Shown: positions 52,089-62,305 of the stretch, piece by piece
How the letters are laid out: each line of letters opens with the position of its first letter
Position numbering within the stretch: position 1 is the first letter of the stretch
Source of the DNA: Bryobacterales bacterium
GTDB lineage: Bacteria; Acidobacteriota; Terriglobia; Bryobacterales; UBA6623
NCBI GenBank assembly: GCA_963422375.2
Contig: OY729428.2
Location: 1,856,001-1,920,000, forward strand
Direction of reading: 5' to 3'
Length of the DNA: 64,000 nucleotides
Notes under the pieces: generated by a model
Told to the model about the DNA's origin: nothing
Database searches by the model: none
What the model saw: the letters and a program-made list of their open reading frames with translations, nothing else
Program-made: the position numbers and the translations under genes

Positions 52089-53852
52089 TCAGAGGCCGGC
52101 TGCCACCCCTTCGCTCCGCGAATCGGCCGCTCCCATGATCACAGCCTCGCCGACCTCGATCGCTTCGACGTGCCCGAGGGAGCGGCCGAAACTCAGCCGG
52201 TGCCCGAACGATTCCAAGGCGTCGCGGGTTTCGGCCGAGACTCCGGACGGTTCCAAGTACAGCAGGTCGGGCATCCATTGATGGTGGAAGCGAGGGAAGT
52301 CCACCGCCTGCTGGACATTCATGCCGAAATCGATCACATCGAGAATCACCTGGGTGACCGAAGTGATAATGGTCGGCCCGCCTTGGGCGCCGATAACGAG
52401 GCGAGTCGTTCCGTCCCGCAGCACTATCGTGGGTGACATGGCGGAAAGAGGCCGCTTGCCAGGCTCGATCGCGTTGCTCTCGCTCTGCAGCAGCCCGTAG
52501 GCGTTGGGCGTGCCCGGCTTGGCGGTGAAGTCGTCCATCTCGTTGTTCAGCAGCACTCCCGTTCCCTTGGCGGTCACCCCCGATCCGTACCCTCCGTTCA
52601 GGGTGTAGGTCACAGCCACCGCATTGCCGGACGCGTCGACAACCGCGTAGTGCGTGGTCTCGTCGCTCTCGTACGCCTGCGGACGGCTATCCCCGACCTC
52701 GGCGCTCGGAGTCGCCCGGCTCTCGCGGATAGTCTTGCCTCGCGCAAGTGCGTATTTCTTGGAAAGCATTCCCTCTAGCGGGATGCGAACGAAGTCCGTG
52801 TCGCCGAAGAAGCGGGCGCGATCCGCGAAGAACCGACGCATGGCCTCGGCGGCGACGTGAATCGTGGCCGCGGATGCGGGTCCGGTGGCCGCAAGGTCGA
52901 AGCGCTCGAGGATGTTCAGGATCTGGATCACGCCCGCGCCGCCCGAACTCGGAGGTGGAGCGCCGAGTATGTCGTGGCCTCGGTAGGAGCCTGTGACCGG
53001 GCGTCTCTCGACGGGCTTGTAGGCGGCGAGATCGTCGGCGGTGATGGTCCCGCCGTTGGCGGCCATGTCCCGGGCGATCATGCGTGCCGTTCGCCCGGTG
53101 TAGAACTCGTCCGGTCCGAGGCGAACCAGGCGGCCCAAGGTCGCCGCGAGATCCGCTTGCACGAGAGTGTCTCCGAGCGAGAGATGCCGGCCGCCGTCGA
53201 GAAAAACGCGCCGGGACTCCTCGAATCTCCGCAGGCGCGGGCTCGCACGCAGGGATCGCGCCAGATCCCAGGTCACGGGGAATCCCTTGCTTGCGAGGCG
53301 CGCGGCTGGCGTCGCCATCGCGCTCCACTGCTTTGTTCCGTAGCGGGCCAGCGCGAGCGCCAGGCCGCGGACGGTCCCGGGCACGCCGGCCGCGCGGTAT
53401 CCAACCACGCTCGCCTCGGTGGCGTTGCCGTCCGGTCCTAGGTACATGTCGCGATGGGCGGAAGCGGGAGCCCGCTCACGGAAGTCGACGAACGAAGCGC
53501 GCCCGTCGGCAAGGCGGAGCAGCATGAAGCCGCCGCCGCCCAAGTTGCCGGCGTTCGGCTCGGTCACGGCGAGGGCCAGGCCGACGGCCACCGCAGCGTC
53601 GACGGCGTTCCCGCCGCTTCGCAGCACGTCGACTCCGACTTCGGTAGCGTGCCGTTCCGCGGTGACGACCATCGCGTCCCGTGCGTAGACGGGTTGCGGC
53701 CGGAACGCGCTCGCATCGGGAGCGATGAGGGCGAGAAGGACCGCGGCCAAGCCCAAAGCGAGGCGTGCCCGAGGCTCGGATGCTCGCGGAAGCGGACTGC
53801 TTCGCAGGCGTGTTCCAAGAGGCGGCCTGTCCCTGATCTGTGCGTCTGGCAT
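52089..53852 (-). CDS. ggt: Gamma-glutamyltransferase
   Basis: GGNAVDAAVA, GNLGGGGF, DFRERAP, ETTHY nucleophile, LNNEMDDF, PGKRPLSAMSP. Confidence 0.94.
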   Translation of the reverse strand: MPDAQIRDRPPLGTRLRSSPLPRASEPRARLALGLAAVLLALIAPDASAFRPQPVYARDAMVVTAERHATEVGVDVLRSGGNAVDAAVAVGLALAVTEPNAGNLGGGGFMLLRLADGRASFVDFRERAPASAHRDMYLGPDGNATEASVVGYRAAGVPGTVRGLALALARYGTKQWSAMATPAARLASKGFPVTWDLARSLRASPRLRRFEESRRVFLDGGRHLSLGDTLVQADLAATLGRLVRLGPDEFYTGRTARMIARDMAANGGTITADDLAAYKPVERRPVTGSYRGHDILGAPPPSSGGAGVIQILNILERFDLAATGPASAATIHVAAEAMRRFFADRARFFGDTDFVRIPLEGMLSKKYALARGKTIRESRATPSAEVGDSRPQAYESDETTHYAVVDASGNAVAVTYTLNGGYGSGVTAKGTGVLLNNEMDDFTAKPGTPNAYGLLQSESNAIEPGKRPLSAMSPTIVLRDGTTRLVIGAQGGPTIITSVTQVILDVIDFGMNVQQAVDFPRFHHQWMPDLLYLEPSGVSAETRDALESFGHRLSFGRSLGHVEAIEVGEAVIMGAADSRSEGVAAGL

Positions 53853-54540
53853 CCCTGTCTGGCTCGGGGCCGACGCGAACAGCCAGGACGCGGGGCCTTC
53901 GTGTCTCGTATCGGGTGTCCGCCGCCGACACTCTCAGAATCGCACGGTCCGCAGATCATGCACCCGTGCCTGTCGCACAGCGCATCGTTCCCGAGCGATT
54001 CCCGGCGCTTCGACGGAATCAGCCGGCGCAACGTCGCGGCGAGGACGGCTGCTGCGAGCCCCGAGGCGCATCGGCTTCCGCCTGCGCAAGCTGCCGGCCG
54101 CCGGCCGGCTTGCTCGCCGCTGCACTTGGCGGCTCACGTGGACGGCTCGGATGCCGGCTACGGGTCCGAGCCGAGTCCAATGCACCGCCGGCCTCCCACT
54201 GGAGTGCTTGAAACCAAGCGGGGATGGGGGCCAGCGCTCAGCCTCGGTCGACAGAGGCCTTCGGCTGGAGTCTGTCAATTCGGATCCGTTCGAGGGTGTC
54301 GTTCAGCCAATCGGACGTCCGATCGGTCCGCGCTGGCCCGACTGGACGGGAGGGCCCAGCAGCCTCGGCTAGGCAACTCGATGCGCTCTCCGCGAGCGGA
54401 GCGGTCCCCGGAATCGATTCGATTTCAGCCACCGGAGCCGACATCCAAGACTTGACCGCACGTGACAACCCGAATGGCGGGTCGATGTCCCGAGCGAGCT
54501 TCTGCGATCGGCCGCCGGGATGTCGGCAGGGCCCCTGGTG

Positions 54541-55011
54541 TCACTGGAAGAGCCTCTCCAGGCGCACTGCCTTGAAGCGGCGCTTGCGGTCCTCCTCCTC
54601 GGAGTCCCACGCTCGCCTGACCGGGACGACCGCTCCGCTAGCGGCGTCCCGGATGCCGGCGAGCTCACGGGTCAGTGCGATCCCCGATTCCCCGACGGTC
54701 CCGTCGAAGCGATAGACCACGAGGTTGATCTGGTTGCCCGCCTGCTCCATCGCCTGCACGACGAACTGGATCGAGCCGTTCGAGACCGTGCCCTCGCTGA
54801 TCTCGTCGCTGGTCCCGTATGCGTTGTATGCCTTCCCCGTGAGCTCCGGCCCGCGCTGCGCGAACCGGAACGCCAAGTCCGTGGCCGGGGCGCGGCCCTG
54901 CTTCGGAATCGTGCCGATCCAGGTTCCGGTCAGGTCGGCTCCGCGGGTCGGCGAGGAAAGAAGCGAGCAGAGAGCTACGGCGGCCAACCGGGCCGCGTCG
55001 CGCCTATGCAT
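54541..55011 (-). CDS. Small secreted hypothetical protein
   Basis: Overlaps the DUF1552 stop; signal peptide followed by ADLTGTWIG. Confidence 0.7.
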   Translation of the reverse strand: MHRRDAARLAAVALCSLLSSPTRGADLTGTWIGTIPKQGRAPATDLAFRFAQRGPELTGKAYNAYGTSDEISEGTVSNGSIQFVVQAMEQAGNQINLVVYRFDGTVGESGIALTRELAGIRDAASGAVVPVRRAWDSEEEDRKRRFKAVRLERLFQ

Positions 55012-56341
55012 GGAGTAGCCCGGGAAGTTGTCCCTGGCTGTCGGCGAATCGATCCACGGGAGCGCCGAAGGCGTCGAGCAGCGCTAGGTACAGGTCCGCC
55101 AAGGGATGGTCTTCCGGGTAGACCAAGTGCCGGCCCGAGTCGATCCGCCCGGCCCCGCGCCCGCCGAGAAGGATCGGAAGCTTGCGGGGATCGTGCCGGT
55201 GGCCGTCGGACAGAGCCGAGGCGAAGACGATCATCGAGTTGAACAGCACGTTGGAGTCGCCCTCCGGCATGGCGGCCAGCCTGCCTAGGAGGTACGCGAA
55301 CTGCTCCACGTGCCAGCGATTGACGAGCTTGTACTCCGCGAGCTTCTCTGCCTTGTTCCCGTGGTGCGAGACGTCGTGGTGCCCGGCAGTGACCCCGTCG
55401 AGGAACCGGAAGCTGACGTTGCTCACGGCGTTGCCGAACATGAACGTGGCGATGCGCGTCGTGTCCGACTGGAAGGCGATGGCGACCATGTCGAGCATCA
55501 GCCTCACGTGCTCTAGATGGCCGGAAGGCTGATCGGTCGGAGCTTCGCGCGGGTCGAAGGTCGCGCGCGCCCTCCACGTCCTGTTCCGAGGATCGGAAGA
55601 CCGCTCGATGCGCTTCTCCAGGGATCGCACCGACGAGAGGTACTCGTCGAGCCGCGACCTGTCGGCGGAGCCTAGCCCGCTACGGAGCCGCTTCGCGTCC
55701 TTCAGTACCCTGTCCAGGAGGAGAGAGTCCAGCCGCGCTTCGGAGCTAGCGGAGCCGCTCGCCGCTCGGAACAGCCTCTCGTAGACCGATCTCGGGTTGA
55801 GCTCGCGAGCCAGCGGCGTAGTGGGCGAGGCCCAGGAGACATGCGATCCGTAGACCCGCGTGTAGCCCACCACCGCGTCGTTTCCCACCGCGACCGGCGT
55901 CACTCCCAGCTCCAGCGAGGGAAGCGGCGTAAGGTCTCCCCGGGCCTTCGCCGCGACTTGGTCGAACGAGATGCCGTTACGCAGATCCGCCCCTTGGGTC
56001 TTCTTGATACGGGAGCACGTGAGAATCGAAGACTCCTTGACGTAGTGTCCGTCGCCGTCCTTGGCCTGCTCGTTCCAGAGGTTGCTCAGGACGGCCACGT
56101 CTCGCCGGACAGGGGCGAGCGGCTCGAGGCTGGGCGTGAGGGCAAAGTCCCGGCCCGCTTCCGCGGGCGTCCAGGATTCCGGGTAGGCCCCGTTCGGCAT
56201 GTAGAGTGCCGCGAGACGGACGGGCGCGCGCTCGGACCGTCCGGGCTTGGCCGCCATGGCCTCGAGCCACGGCAGGCCCAAGGCCAGCCCGCCGCCTCGG
56301 AGCAGCGCCCGTCGCGACATCTGGACGGTGCGAGCGTTCAT
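55004..56341 (-). CDS. DUF1552 domain protein (Tat-exported)
   Basis: SRRALLRGGG, LPWLEAM, YMPNG, SLELG, AFQSDTTRIAT, HHDVSHH; ATGA overlap with the upstream gene. Confidence 0.9.
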   Translation of the reverse strand: MNARTVQMSRRALLRGGGLALGLPWLEAMAAKPGRSERAPVRLAALYMPNGAYPESWTPAEAGRDFALTPSLEPLAPVRRDVAVLSNLWNEQAKDGDGHYVKESSILTCSRIKKTQGADLRNGISFDQVAAKARGDLTPLPSLELGVTPVAVGNDAVVGYTRVYGSHVSWASPTTPLARELNPRSVYERLFRAASGSASSEARLDSLLLDRVLKDAKRLRSGLGSADRSRLDEYLSSVRSLEKRIERSSDPRNRTWRARATFDPREAPTDQPSGHLEHVRLMLDMVAIAFQSDTTRIATFMFGNAVSNVSFRFLDGVTAGHHDVSHHGNKAEKLAEYKLVNRWHVEQFAYLLGRLAAMPEGDSNVLFNSMIVFASALSDGHRHDPRKLPILLGGRGAGRIDSGRHLVYPEDHPLADLYLALLDAFGAPVDRFADSQGQLPGLLHA

Positions 56342-58266
56342 CGACCGGACCTCCGTGCGGTGGCGGGAGTCGGCGCATCGGCTCCTAGGAATGGCTCGCT
56401 CAGCACGATCGCCCGCGCCAGCGACCAAGCCTCGAAATCCTGCCCCTGGACGCTGTCGACAATCGTTTCCACGGTGCAGGAGTTGGCCGGAGTCAGCCCT
56501 CTTCCAAGAGCATACCCCAGCATCCGCTTCGCCAAGTTGCGCAAGAACAGCGTTTTCCGGTCTAGGAGTGCCCTCTTGAGCTCGCTCGGGCCATCGAAAC
56601 CCGTGCCGTCGGGAAGCCGCCCGGATGCGTCCACCGGGACGCCCGCCTGTTCGTCGCGCCACCGCCCGACCACGTCGTAGTTCTCGAGCGCGAATCCGAG
56701 CGGGTCGATGTGCGCGTGACACCCGGAGCAGGCTGCGCTGCGGCTGTGGTTCGCCAGCAGATCCCGGTTGGTCGCGGCATCTTCCCCGCTTGTCGGCTCC
56801 TGCAGCTCGGGTACTTCGGGGGGCGGCGGAGGGGGCGGAGTACCGAGGATCGAATCCAGGATCCACACCCCCCGCAGCACGGGACTCGTCCGATGCGGGT
56901 GGGAGGCGACCGCCGCCACGGCCGGCATGGCCAGCAGGCCTCCGCGCTCGACGCCCTCGGGTAGTTCCATCCAGTTGGGGTTCTTTGCGTCCTGCTGCTT
57001 CTTCATCGGAAGATCCAGGTGCCTGATGAGATTGCTCGTCAGCACCGTGCCTTCGGAGTCGAGAAAGTCCAGCAGGGAGCGGTTCTCGCGGAAGATCTCC
57101 AGGAAAAAGAACACCGGCTGGAGCCGGATGTCGCCACGCATCTCTGCGCTGGCGGCGTATCCGGGAAACAGGTCCGGGTCGGGCCCGCGAGCGCCTGCCA
57201 ATTCCCGCGTGCGCAGCCATTGCTCGGTGAAGCGCGTCGCGAACTCCAGCGCCCGCGGACTTCGCAGCATGCGCGGCACGATCCGCCGCAGCACCTCCGG
57301 ATCGTCCATCCGCCCATCGGCCGCGATGTCGAGCAGGAACTCGTCCGGCATGCTGCCCCACAGGAAATAGGAGATCCGGGATGCGAGCGCGTACTGCCTC
57401 CGCGCGGGAGCGCCGGTGCCGCCGTTGACGTGGAACAGGAAGGCCGGCGAGACGAGCGCCCCGCGCAGCGCGAAGAAGACGGCCGGCTCGAAGGCCTGGC
57501 CCAAGCGCCTCGCCTTGCGGAAGAGCCGCAGGTAGGCCTCGACCTCCTCTCTCGCTACCGGCCGGCGAAACGCCCGCGGAAGGAACCGTGCCAGGATCCT
57601 TCGCGCGGCCTCGCGCTCGGGCACGCCGGGTCCCGGGCGCGCGACTAGGATCCGCCGCTTGGACTTGAATTCCTTGGAGGCGACATCGACGGCGAATCGC
57701 GCGGCGTCGAAGTACTTCTCAGTGAGCAGGGGCGATATGAACAGAGTCTCGGCCGCGTTGTCGAAACCCTCGCCCCCGGGGCCGTCGGCAGGCAGCATTC
57801 CGCTCACGTCGATCTGGATGTCGAGAAGGTCCCGCACGGTCGCGGCGTACTCTTCCCGGTTCAGGCGGCGGTTCAGGGCGGGTGGCGGTTCGAGCCCGGC
57901 TGCGCACGCCTGCGCCCTCCAGGCGGTCCGGGTCCACTCGACGAACCGGAGGCGCTCCTCGAGCGGGGGCCGGGGAGCGCCTGTCGGCGGCATTTCGTGG
58001 TCGGCGACGCGCGTTGACAGCGCGACCCAGTCGTCGGGACGCTCCCGGAACGACGCGACGCTCGCGAGCGTGTCGGTGCGGAACCCCGCCTCGGCGCCCT
58101 CGCCTCGATGGCACGTGTCGCAATGCGCTTCTAGGAAGCGTCGCGCCTCGCCGAATCCGCCGTCGCCTGCGGCGGGACGGGCCGTCGCAGGAACCAGGAC
58201 GAGCAGGCAGGCCGCACCCGCGCCGTTCCGGAACGGGACCCGCGCCAGCACTGCCGACTTCCTCAC
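56338..58266 (-). CDS. DUF1592/DUF1588/DUF1587-type cytochrome c-like protein
   Basis: CDTCH, RRLNREEY, GFDN, ASRISYFLWGSMPD, TSPVLRGVWI, CSGCH…IDPLGFALENYD. Confidence 0.9.
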   Translation of the reverse strand: MRKSAVLARVPFRNGAGAACLLVLVPATARPAAGDGGFGEARRFLEAHCDTCHRGEGAEAGFRTDTLASVASFRERPDDWVALSTRVADHEMPPTGAPRPPLEERLRFVEWTRTAWRAQACAAGLEPPPALNRRLNREEYAATVRDLLDIQIDVSGMLPADGPGGEGFDNAAETLFISPLLTEKYFDAARFAVDVASKEFKSKRRILVARPGPGVPEREAARRILARFLPRAFRRPVAREEVEAYLRLFRKARRLGQAFEPAVFFALRGALVSPAFLFHVNGGTGAPARRQYALASRISYFLWGSMPDEFLLDIAADGRMDDPEVLRRIVPRMLRSPRALEFATRFTEQWLRTRELAGARGPDPDLFPGYAASAEMRGDIRLQPVFFFLEIFRENRSLLDFLDSEGTVLTSNLIRHLDLPMKKQQDAKNPNWMELPEGVERGGLLAMPAVAAVASHPHRTSPVLRGVWILDSILGTPPPPPPPEVPELQEPTSGEDAATNRDLLANHSRSAACSGCHAHIDPLGFALENYDVVGRWRDEQAGVPVDASGRLPDGTGFDGPSELKRALLDRKTLFLRNLAKRMLGYALGRGLTPANSCTVETIVDSVQGQDFEAWSLARAIVLSEPFLGADAPTPATARRSGR

Positions 58267-58358
58267 CTCATCCGGGACGTGGGGCTGGAATGGACGCGAG
58301 GGCGGAGGGCGTGTGATAGCGTAAGGGGAGATGGCGGCCGTGCCGCCACATTCCGCGA

Positions 58359-58434
58359 GCCACGATAGCTCAGCTGGTAGAGCAGCGGTTTCGTAAACCG
58401 CAGGTCGTCGGTTCGAGTCCGACTCGTGGCTCCA
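58359..58434 (+). tRNA. tRNA-Thr (anticodon CGT)
   Basis: Acceptor stem GCCACGA/TCGTGGC, anticodon arm GCGGT-TTCGTAA-ACCGC, GGTTCGAGTCC T-arm, encoded CCA. Confidence 0.96.
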
Positions 58435-58641
58435 TCCCGCATTCCCTCCGATTGTATCCCTTTGCCCCGAGACGGAACGGCTTGGGGAAGTGCTCCAACT
58501 CGGAGCGTGGCGTCTTCCGATCAAGACCGCGGAGGTCCGGGACCGCGCGCGTCGCGGGGCCGTTGGGCGGGTATGCTCGTAGGGCCTTCCCTGTAGGGAT
58601 GCCGGAGCGGTTCCCCTGCATCGAGCTGCACTCCAGCTGGC

Positions 58642-59760
58642 ATGAGAATCACCGACGTCGAAGCCATCTACCTGCGTTCGGAGCGGGTCAGGGAAGTCTG
58701 CGACTCCGGCCAGGACGCACTGATCGTGCGCGTCCACACCGACGCGGGCATCACCGGGCTGGGGGAGGTGGACTCGAGCCCGCTCGCGGCCAAGGGCGCG
58801 ATCGAGGGCCCGTACTCGCACACGGTGACGAGCGGCCTGCGCGAGCTGGTGATCGGCGAGGATCCCTTCGAGACAGAAAAGATCTGGCACCGTATGTACA
58901 CCGGCAACCTCTACGGGGGGCGGCGCGGCGCGGGCTTCCACGCCATGAGCGGCATCGACATCGCCTTGTGGGACATCAAGGGCAAGGCGCTCGGCATGCC
59001 GATATGGAAGCTGCTGGGCGGCGGCTTCCGGGACCGGATTCGCTGCTACGCCAGCTCGCTGTGGGGACCGACGCCCGCGGCGACGCGAGATCTGGCCAGG
59101 CGTTATGCCGACCGCGGTTTCGACGCGGTGAAGTTCGGGTGGGAACCGATGGGGCGCGACGAGGCCACCGACGTCGCGCTGGTCCGCCAGGCCCGTCGAG
59201 GGCTCGGTGACGGTCCCGACCTACTCGTCGACGCCGGCCTCGTTTGGGACGCGAAGACCGCCATACGGCGGGTTCGAGCCTTCGAGGAGCACCGCATTTT
59301 CTGGCTCGAGGAGCCCCTGATGCCGGACGACTACGACGGCTACCGGCGGCTCAGTGAAGCGGTGGACACGCGCATCGCCGCCGGAGAGGAGGAGAGCAAC
59401 CGGGCCTCCTTTCTCGAACTGATGGACCGCGGCAGGATCGACGTGGTGCAGGTCGACCTGACGCGCGCGGGAGGGTTCACGGAGGCGGTCAAGATCGCCT
59501 CGTTAGCGCAAGACCGCGGCCTTCCGGTCGCAAATCACGGCTTCACCACCTATGTCAACGTCGCCGCGGCGCTGCACTTCCTGAACGCGGTTCCAAACGC
59601 CCTCATCGCCGAGTACGTTGCCGAGGAGGAGACGACGCTGCGGGACCGGATCACCAGGCAGCGCATCGTTGCCAAGGACGGCATGCTGGCCATGCCGACT
59701 GAGCCCGGCTTGGGCGTTGACCTTGACGAGGATGCGGTCGAACGCTTGCGGATCGCATAG
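58642..59760 (+). CDS. Mandelate racemase/muconate lactonizing enzyme family protein
   Basis: SGIDIALWDIKGK, LLVDAG, WLEEP, AAGEE, PGLGVD. Confidence 0.92.
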   Translation: MRITDVEAIYLRSERVREVCDSGQDALIVRVHTDAGITGLGEVDSSPLAAKGAIEGPYSHTVTSGLRELVIGEDPFETEKIWHRMYTGNLYGGRRGAGFHAMSGIDIALWDIKGKALGMPIWKLLGGGFRDRIRCYASSLWGPTPAATRDLARRYADRGFDAVKFGWEPMGRDEATDVALVRQARRGLGDGPDLLVDAGLVWDAKTAIRRVRAFEEHRIFWLEEPLMPDDYDGYRRLSEAVDTRIAAGEEESNRASFLELMDRGRIDVVQVDLTRAGGFTEAVKIASLAQDRGLPVANHGFTTYVNVAAALHFLNAVPNALIAEYVAEEETTLRDRITRQRIVAKDGMLAMPTEPGLGVDLDEDAVERLRIA

Positions 59761-59765
59761 GGAAT

Positions 59766-60798
59766 CCTGATTACCCACAAGACTCAGCCAAGGTTAAGAG
59801 GCGGTAAGGCATGGGCGGGGTGCGCACGGAGGCGTGGAGCAGGCGGGGGACCAGCACCTGCAGATCGTAGCGGCGGTTGAAGCGGTAGCAGAACTCGGCG
59901 AGGTACCGCGGCAGGTGCTTGCCGTGGAGCGAATGGCAGGTTCCCGCCAGGGACTGCTTGACGTTCGCCAGCATCGTGTTGACCCGGAAGAAGCGGGAAT
60001 CCCCGCAGCTCCGCTTCCCGCCTCCGGTGACGGTCGGCACGTGCTCGCAGCCGGCGTCGGCCACGCCCCGGAAGCAGGCCAAGCCGTCGGAATGCACCTC
60101 CGTGCCGGGCTGCAAGTGCCGCCCGGCCCACGCTGCCAACGTCTTCTTGCGGAAGCCCGCCACGCTGCTCAGGCGCATCCTTGCCGGCTGGCCGGCGGCG
60201 GTGACCTGCACGGCGGCCACGAACGGCGTCTTGCCCGCCGCGCCGCGCCCGCGCTTGCCGCCGGTCCGCTCCCCGCCCCAGTAGGCGTCGTCCACTTGCA
60301 CGATGCCGCCCAGCGGCACGCGCTCGTCGCGCTCCTTCATCACTTGCAAGAGCTTGTGCTTCATCTTCCAAGCCGTGTTCTGGCTCACGCCCAGCTGCCG
60401 CGCCAGTTCCAGCGAGGAAACGCCGTGCTTGCCCTGCGTCAGCAGGTGGAGCGCCAGGAACCAGACGGTCAGCGGCAGCTTGGTGGCAGCGAAGATCGTG
60501 CCGGCGACCAGGGAGGTCTGGCGGTGGCAGGCATGGCACTGCCAGAGCTTGCGGGAGCGGATGCGGCAGTGCCGCCGGGAGCCGCACTCCGGGCAGCGGA
60601 AGCCGTCCGGCCAGCGGGCCTTGAAGACGGCCTGCTCGCATGGCCCCTCGCTGCCGTAGCGCTGCAGGAACTTGCCCAGGCTGAGTCCCTTCTGGAATTG
60701 CACGCGATTGCGTTTCATCTGCTATCCCCTTTCCTGTCAGAGATTTCCGACCTCCTTCAGTATAGCATATCCTCGGCTGACGTTCGTTGGTAATCAGG
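59766..60798 (-). mobile_element. IS1595-family element (CCTGATT-ended), 1033 bp, nested in a MITE end
   Basis: Same IRs as 10647-11694; 8-bp TSD TAGGGAAT at 59758-59765 and 60799-60806. Confidence 0.95.
59771..60718 (-). CDS. IS1595-family transposase (uninterrupted ORF)
   Basis: ATG with RBS; Zn ribbon, HTH region, VDDAY, HSDG, RYLAEF. Confidence 0.9.
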   Translation of the reverse strand: MKRNRVQFQKGLSLGKFLQRYGSEGPCEQAVFKARWPDGFRCPECGSRRHCRIRSRKLWQCHACHRQTSLVAGTIFAATKLPLTVWFLALHLLTQGKHGVSSLELARQLGVSQNTAWKMKHKLLQVMKERDERVPLGGIVQVDDAYWGGERTGGKRGRGAAGKTPFVAAVQVTAAGQPARMRLSSVAGFRKKTLAAWAGRHLQPGTEVHSDGLACFRGVADAGCEHVPTVTGGGKRSCGDSRFFRVNTMLANVKQSLAGTCHSLHGKHLPRYLAEFCYRFNRRYDLQVLVPRLLHASVRTPPMPYRLLTLAESCG

Positions 60799-60800
60799 TA

Positions 60801-61224
60801 GGGAATTATATATCTGAGTGCCGACAACGCCATGTCCGACTAGAACTGCCCTGAGCGGGGAGGTCGGCGTCGAGCTCGGGTCATTCGAGTGCGGCCGCGG
60901 TGGGCACGGAAGGGTGGGCCGCGCCGGACTGCACGCTGGAGCCGCGGCAGTGGGGGCATGCCGGACCGTCGGGCCAGCGCATGGAGGCGACCACTTTTTC
61001 GCGGATTCGTCATCGCGGAACATGGCGATCACTTCAATCAGGGTGATGCCTTTACGAAACCACTTTCCGGGACTTTTCTACTTTATAGACGACCTCATAT
61101 ATTGGAACTATTCTATCAAAATACCCCACCAACTGTCAACAGATCTCCGGAAGAAATATGAAATTAATTTATGGACTGATAATTTGCAAAATTGGTTGAC
61201 TCGGCACTCAGATATATAATTCCC
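60801..61224 (-). mobile_element. Internally deleted (MITE-like) GGGAATTAT-ended IS1595 derivative, 424 bp
   Basis: 24-bp IRs; retains the promoter and the first ~60 transposase codons; TSD ATCGCATA at 59752-59759 and 61225-61232 (original left end at 59760). Confidence 0.9.
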
Positions 61225-61363
61225 ATCGCATAGCCCGCGGCGTTCGACGCGTCTGGGCGCTGCGGTGGCGAGAGACGCCTCTCGAAATTCGATGTCCGGG
61301 AGCCGATACGGCCCCCGGAAGGCAGCGCTGCCGGCCCGGGCTAGGACCTTCGGACGCGGAGCC

Positions 61364-62188
61364 CTATTCGTCTGCCGCCTCGATTCGGAATGAGTGCTCC
61401 TTGAGCGTCTTGACGTGGTCGCCCTTGGACTTGGCGTTCAGCGGGTTTCCTTGAAGGGAAACGGCCCAGTACCGAGCGAAGCGGCTGTCGCCGGCGATGT
61501 CCTTCTCGGCCATCTCGGCTAGGACGGTGATGTCGCTCACATTGTTGTTGCGCAGCGAAAGCCGCTGCAAGGACGTCAGGCCGGCCAGCGGCGTCAGATC
61601 CGACACCTGGTTGCCGTCGAGGTTGAGCGTCGAGAGGCGCTCGAGGGAGCCCACCGGTGAGACGTCGCCCACGGCGTTGTCCGCCACGTCCAGCGTCCAT
61701 AGCTTCGAGAGACCCTTGACAGGCGTGAGGTCGGCGATCTGATTCCCGGAGAGGTAGGCGGAGTTGAGTGCCTCGAGACCGGCCAGCGCAGAGATGTCCG
61801 CGACCTTGTTGTTCGACAGCTCGATGTACTGGAGCCGCTTCAGGTTGGCGAGCGGCGAGATGTCCTCGACTTGGTTGTCCGTGAGCGTCAGGCTCTGGAG
61901 GAGGTTGAGGCCCGCGACCGGCGTGAGGTCCGAAACCTCGTTGCCCGGGAGCTCTAGCAGCATCAGCCGCTTGCAGTGCTCGAGCCCGGTCAGGTCACGA
62001 ATTCCCTTGCTGCGGGCGGTGATCGTCGAGATTTGCGCCACGTCCTCTGCGGTAATCGGCTCTTCGGTGTTGCGTTTCTCAAACACGTAGTGCCGCACGG
62101 CGGCTTCCAAGTTCTTGTCCGGGAAGATGTCCGCCACGGCGGGCATCGTCATGGCGAGTCCGAGAATTACGGTCGCGGCTAGGCGCAT
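61364..62188 (-). CDS. Secreted leucine-rich-repeat (internalin-like) protein
   Basis: Signal peptide; IFPDKNLEAAVR cap; about eight 22-aa LxxLxLxxNxVxDLxPLxxL repeats. Confidence 0.9.
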   Translation of the reverse strand: MRLAATVILGLAMTMPAVADIFPDKNLEAAVRHYVFEKRNTEEPITAEDVAQISTITARSKGIRDLTGLEHCKRLMLLELPGNEVSDLTPVAGLNLLQSLTLTDNQVEDISPLANLKRLQYIELSNNKVADISALAGLEALNSAYLSGNQIADLTPVKGLSKLWTLDVADNAVGDVSPVGSLERLSTLNLDGNQVSDLTPLAGLTSLQRLSLRNNNVSDITVLAEMAEKDIAGDSRFARYWAVSLQGNPLNAKSKGDHVKTLKEHSFRIEAADE

Positions 62189-62305
62189 GTCGCTTGCTCC
62201 TGATCCGGCACGGGGCCCTTGCATCCTGAACATGATACTATCCCGCCACCCAAGGGGGACGTTCGGCGCTGCTGTCGCAGGCCGGGGCGGCCGTTGCCCG
62301 CGCCG

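Noticed and set aside
43803..58434. The two tRNAs as integration sites of a genomic island
   Set aside because: No duplicated tRNA 3' end, integrase or GC shift seen next to either tRNA
56338..58941. 867-aa version of the DUF1592 ORF
   Set aside because: The extension overlaps tRNA-Thr and the opposite-strand enolase-family gene; start placed at 58266
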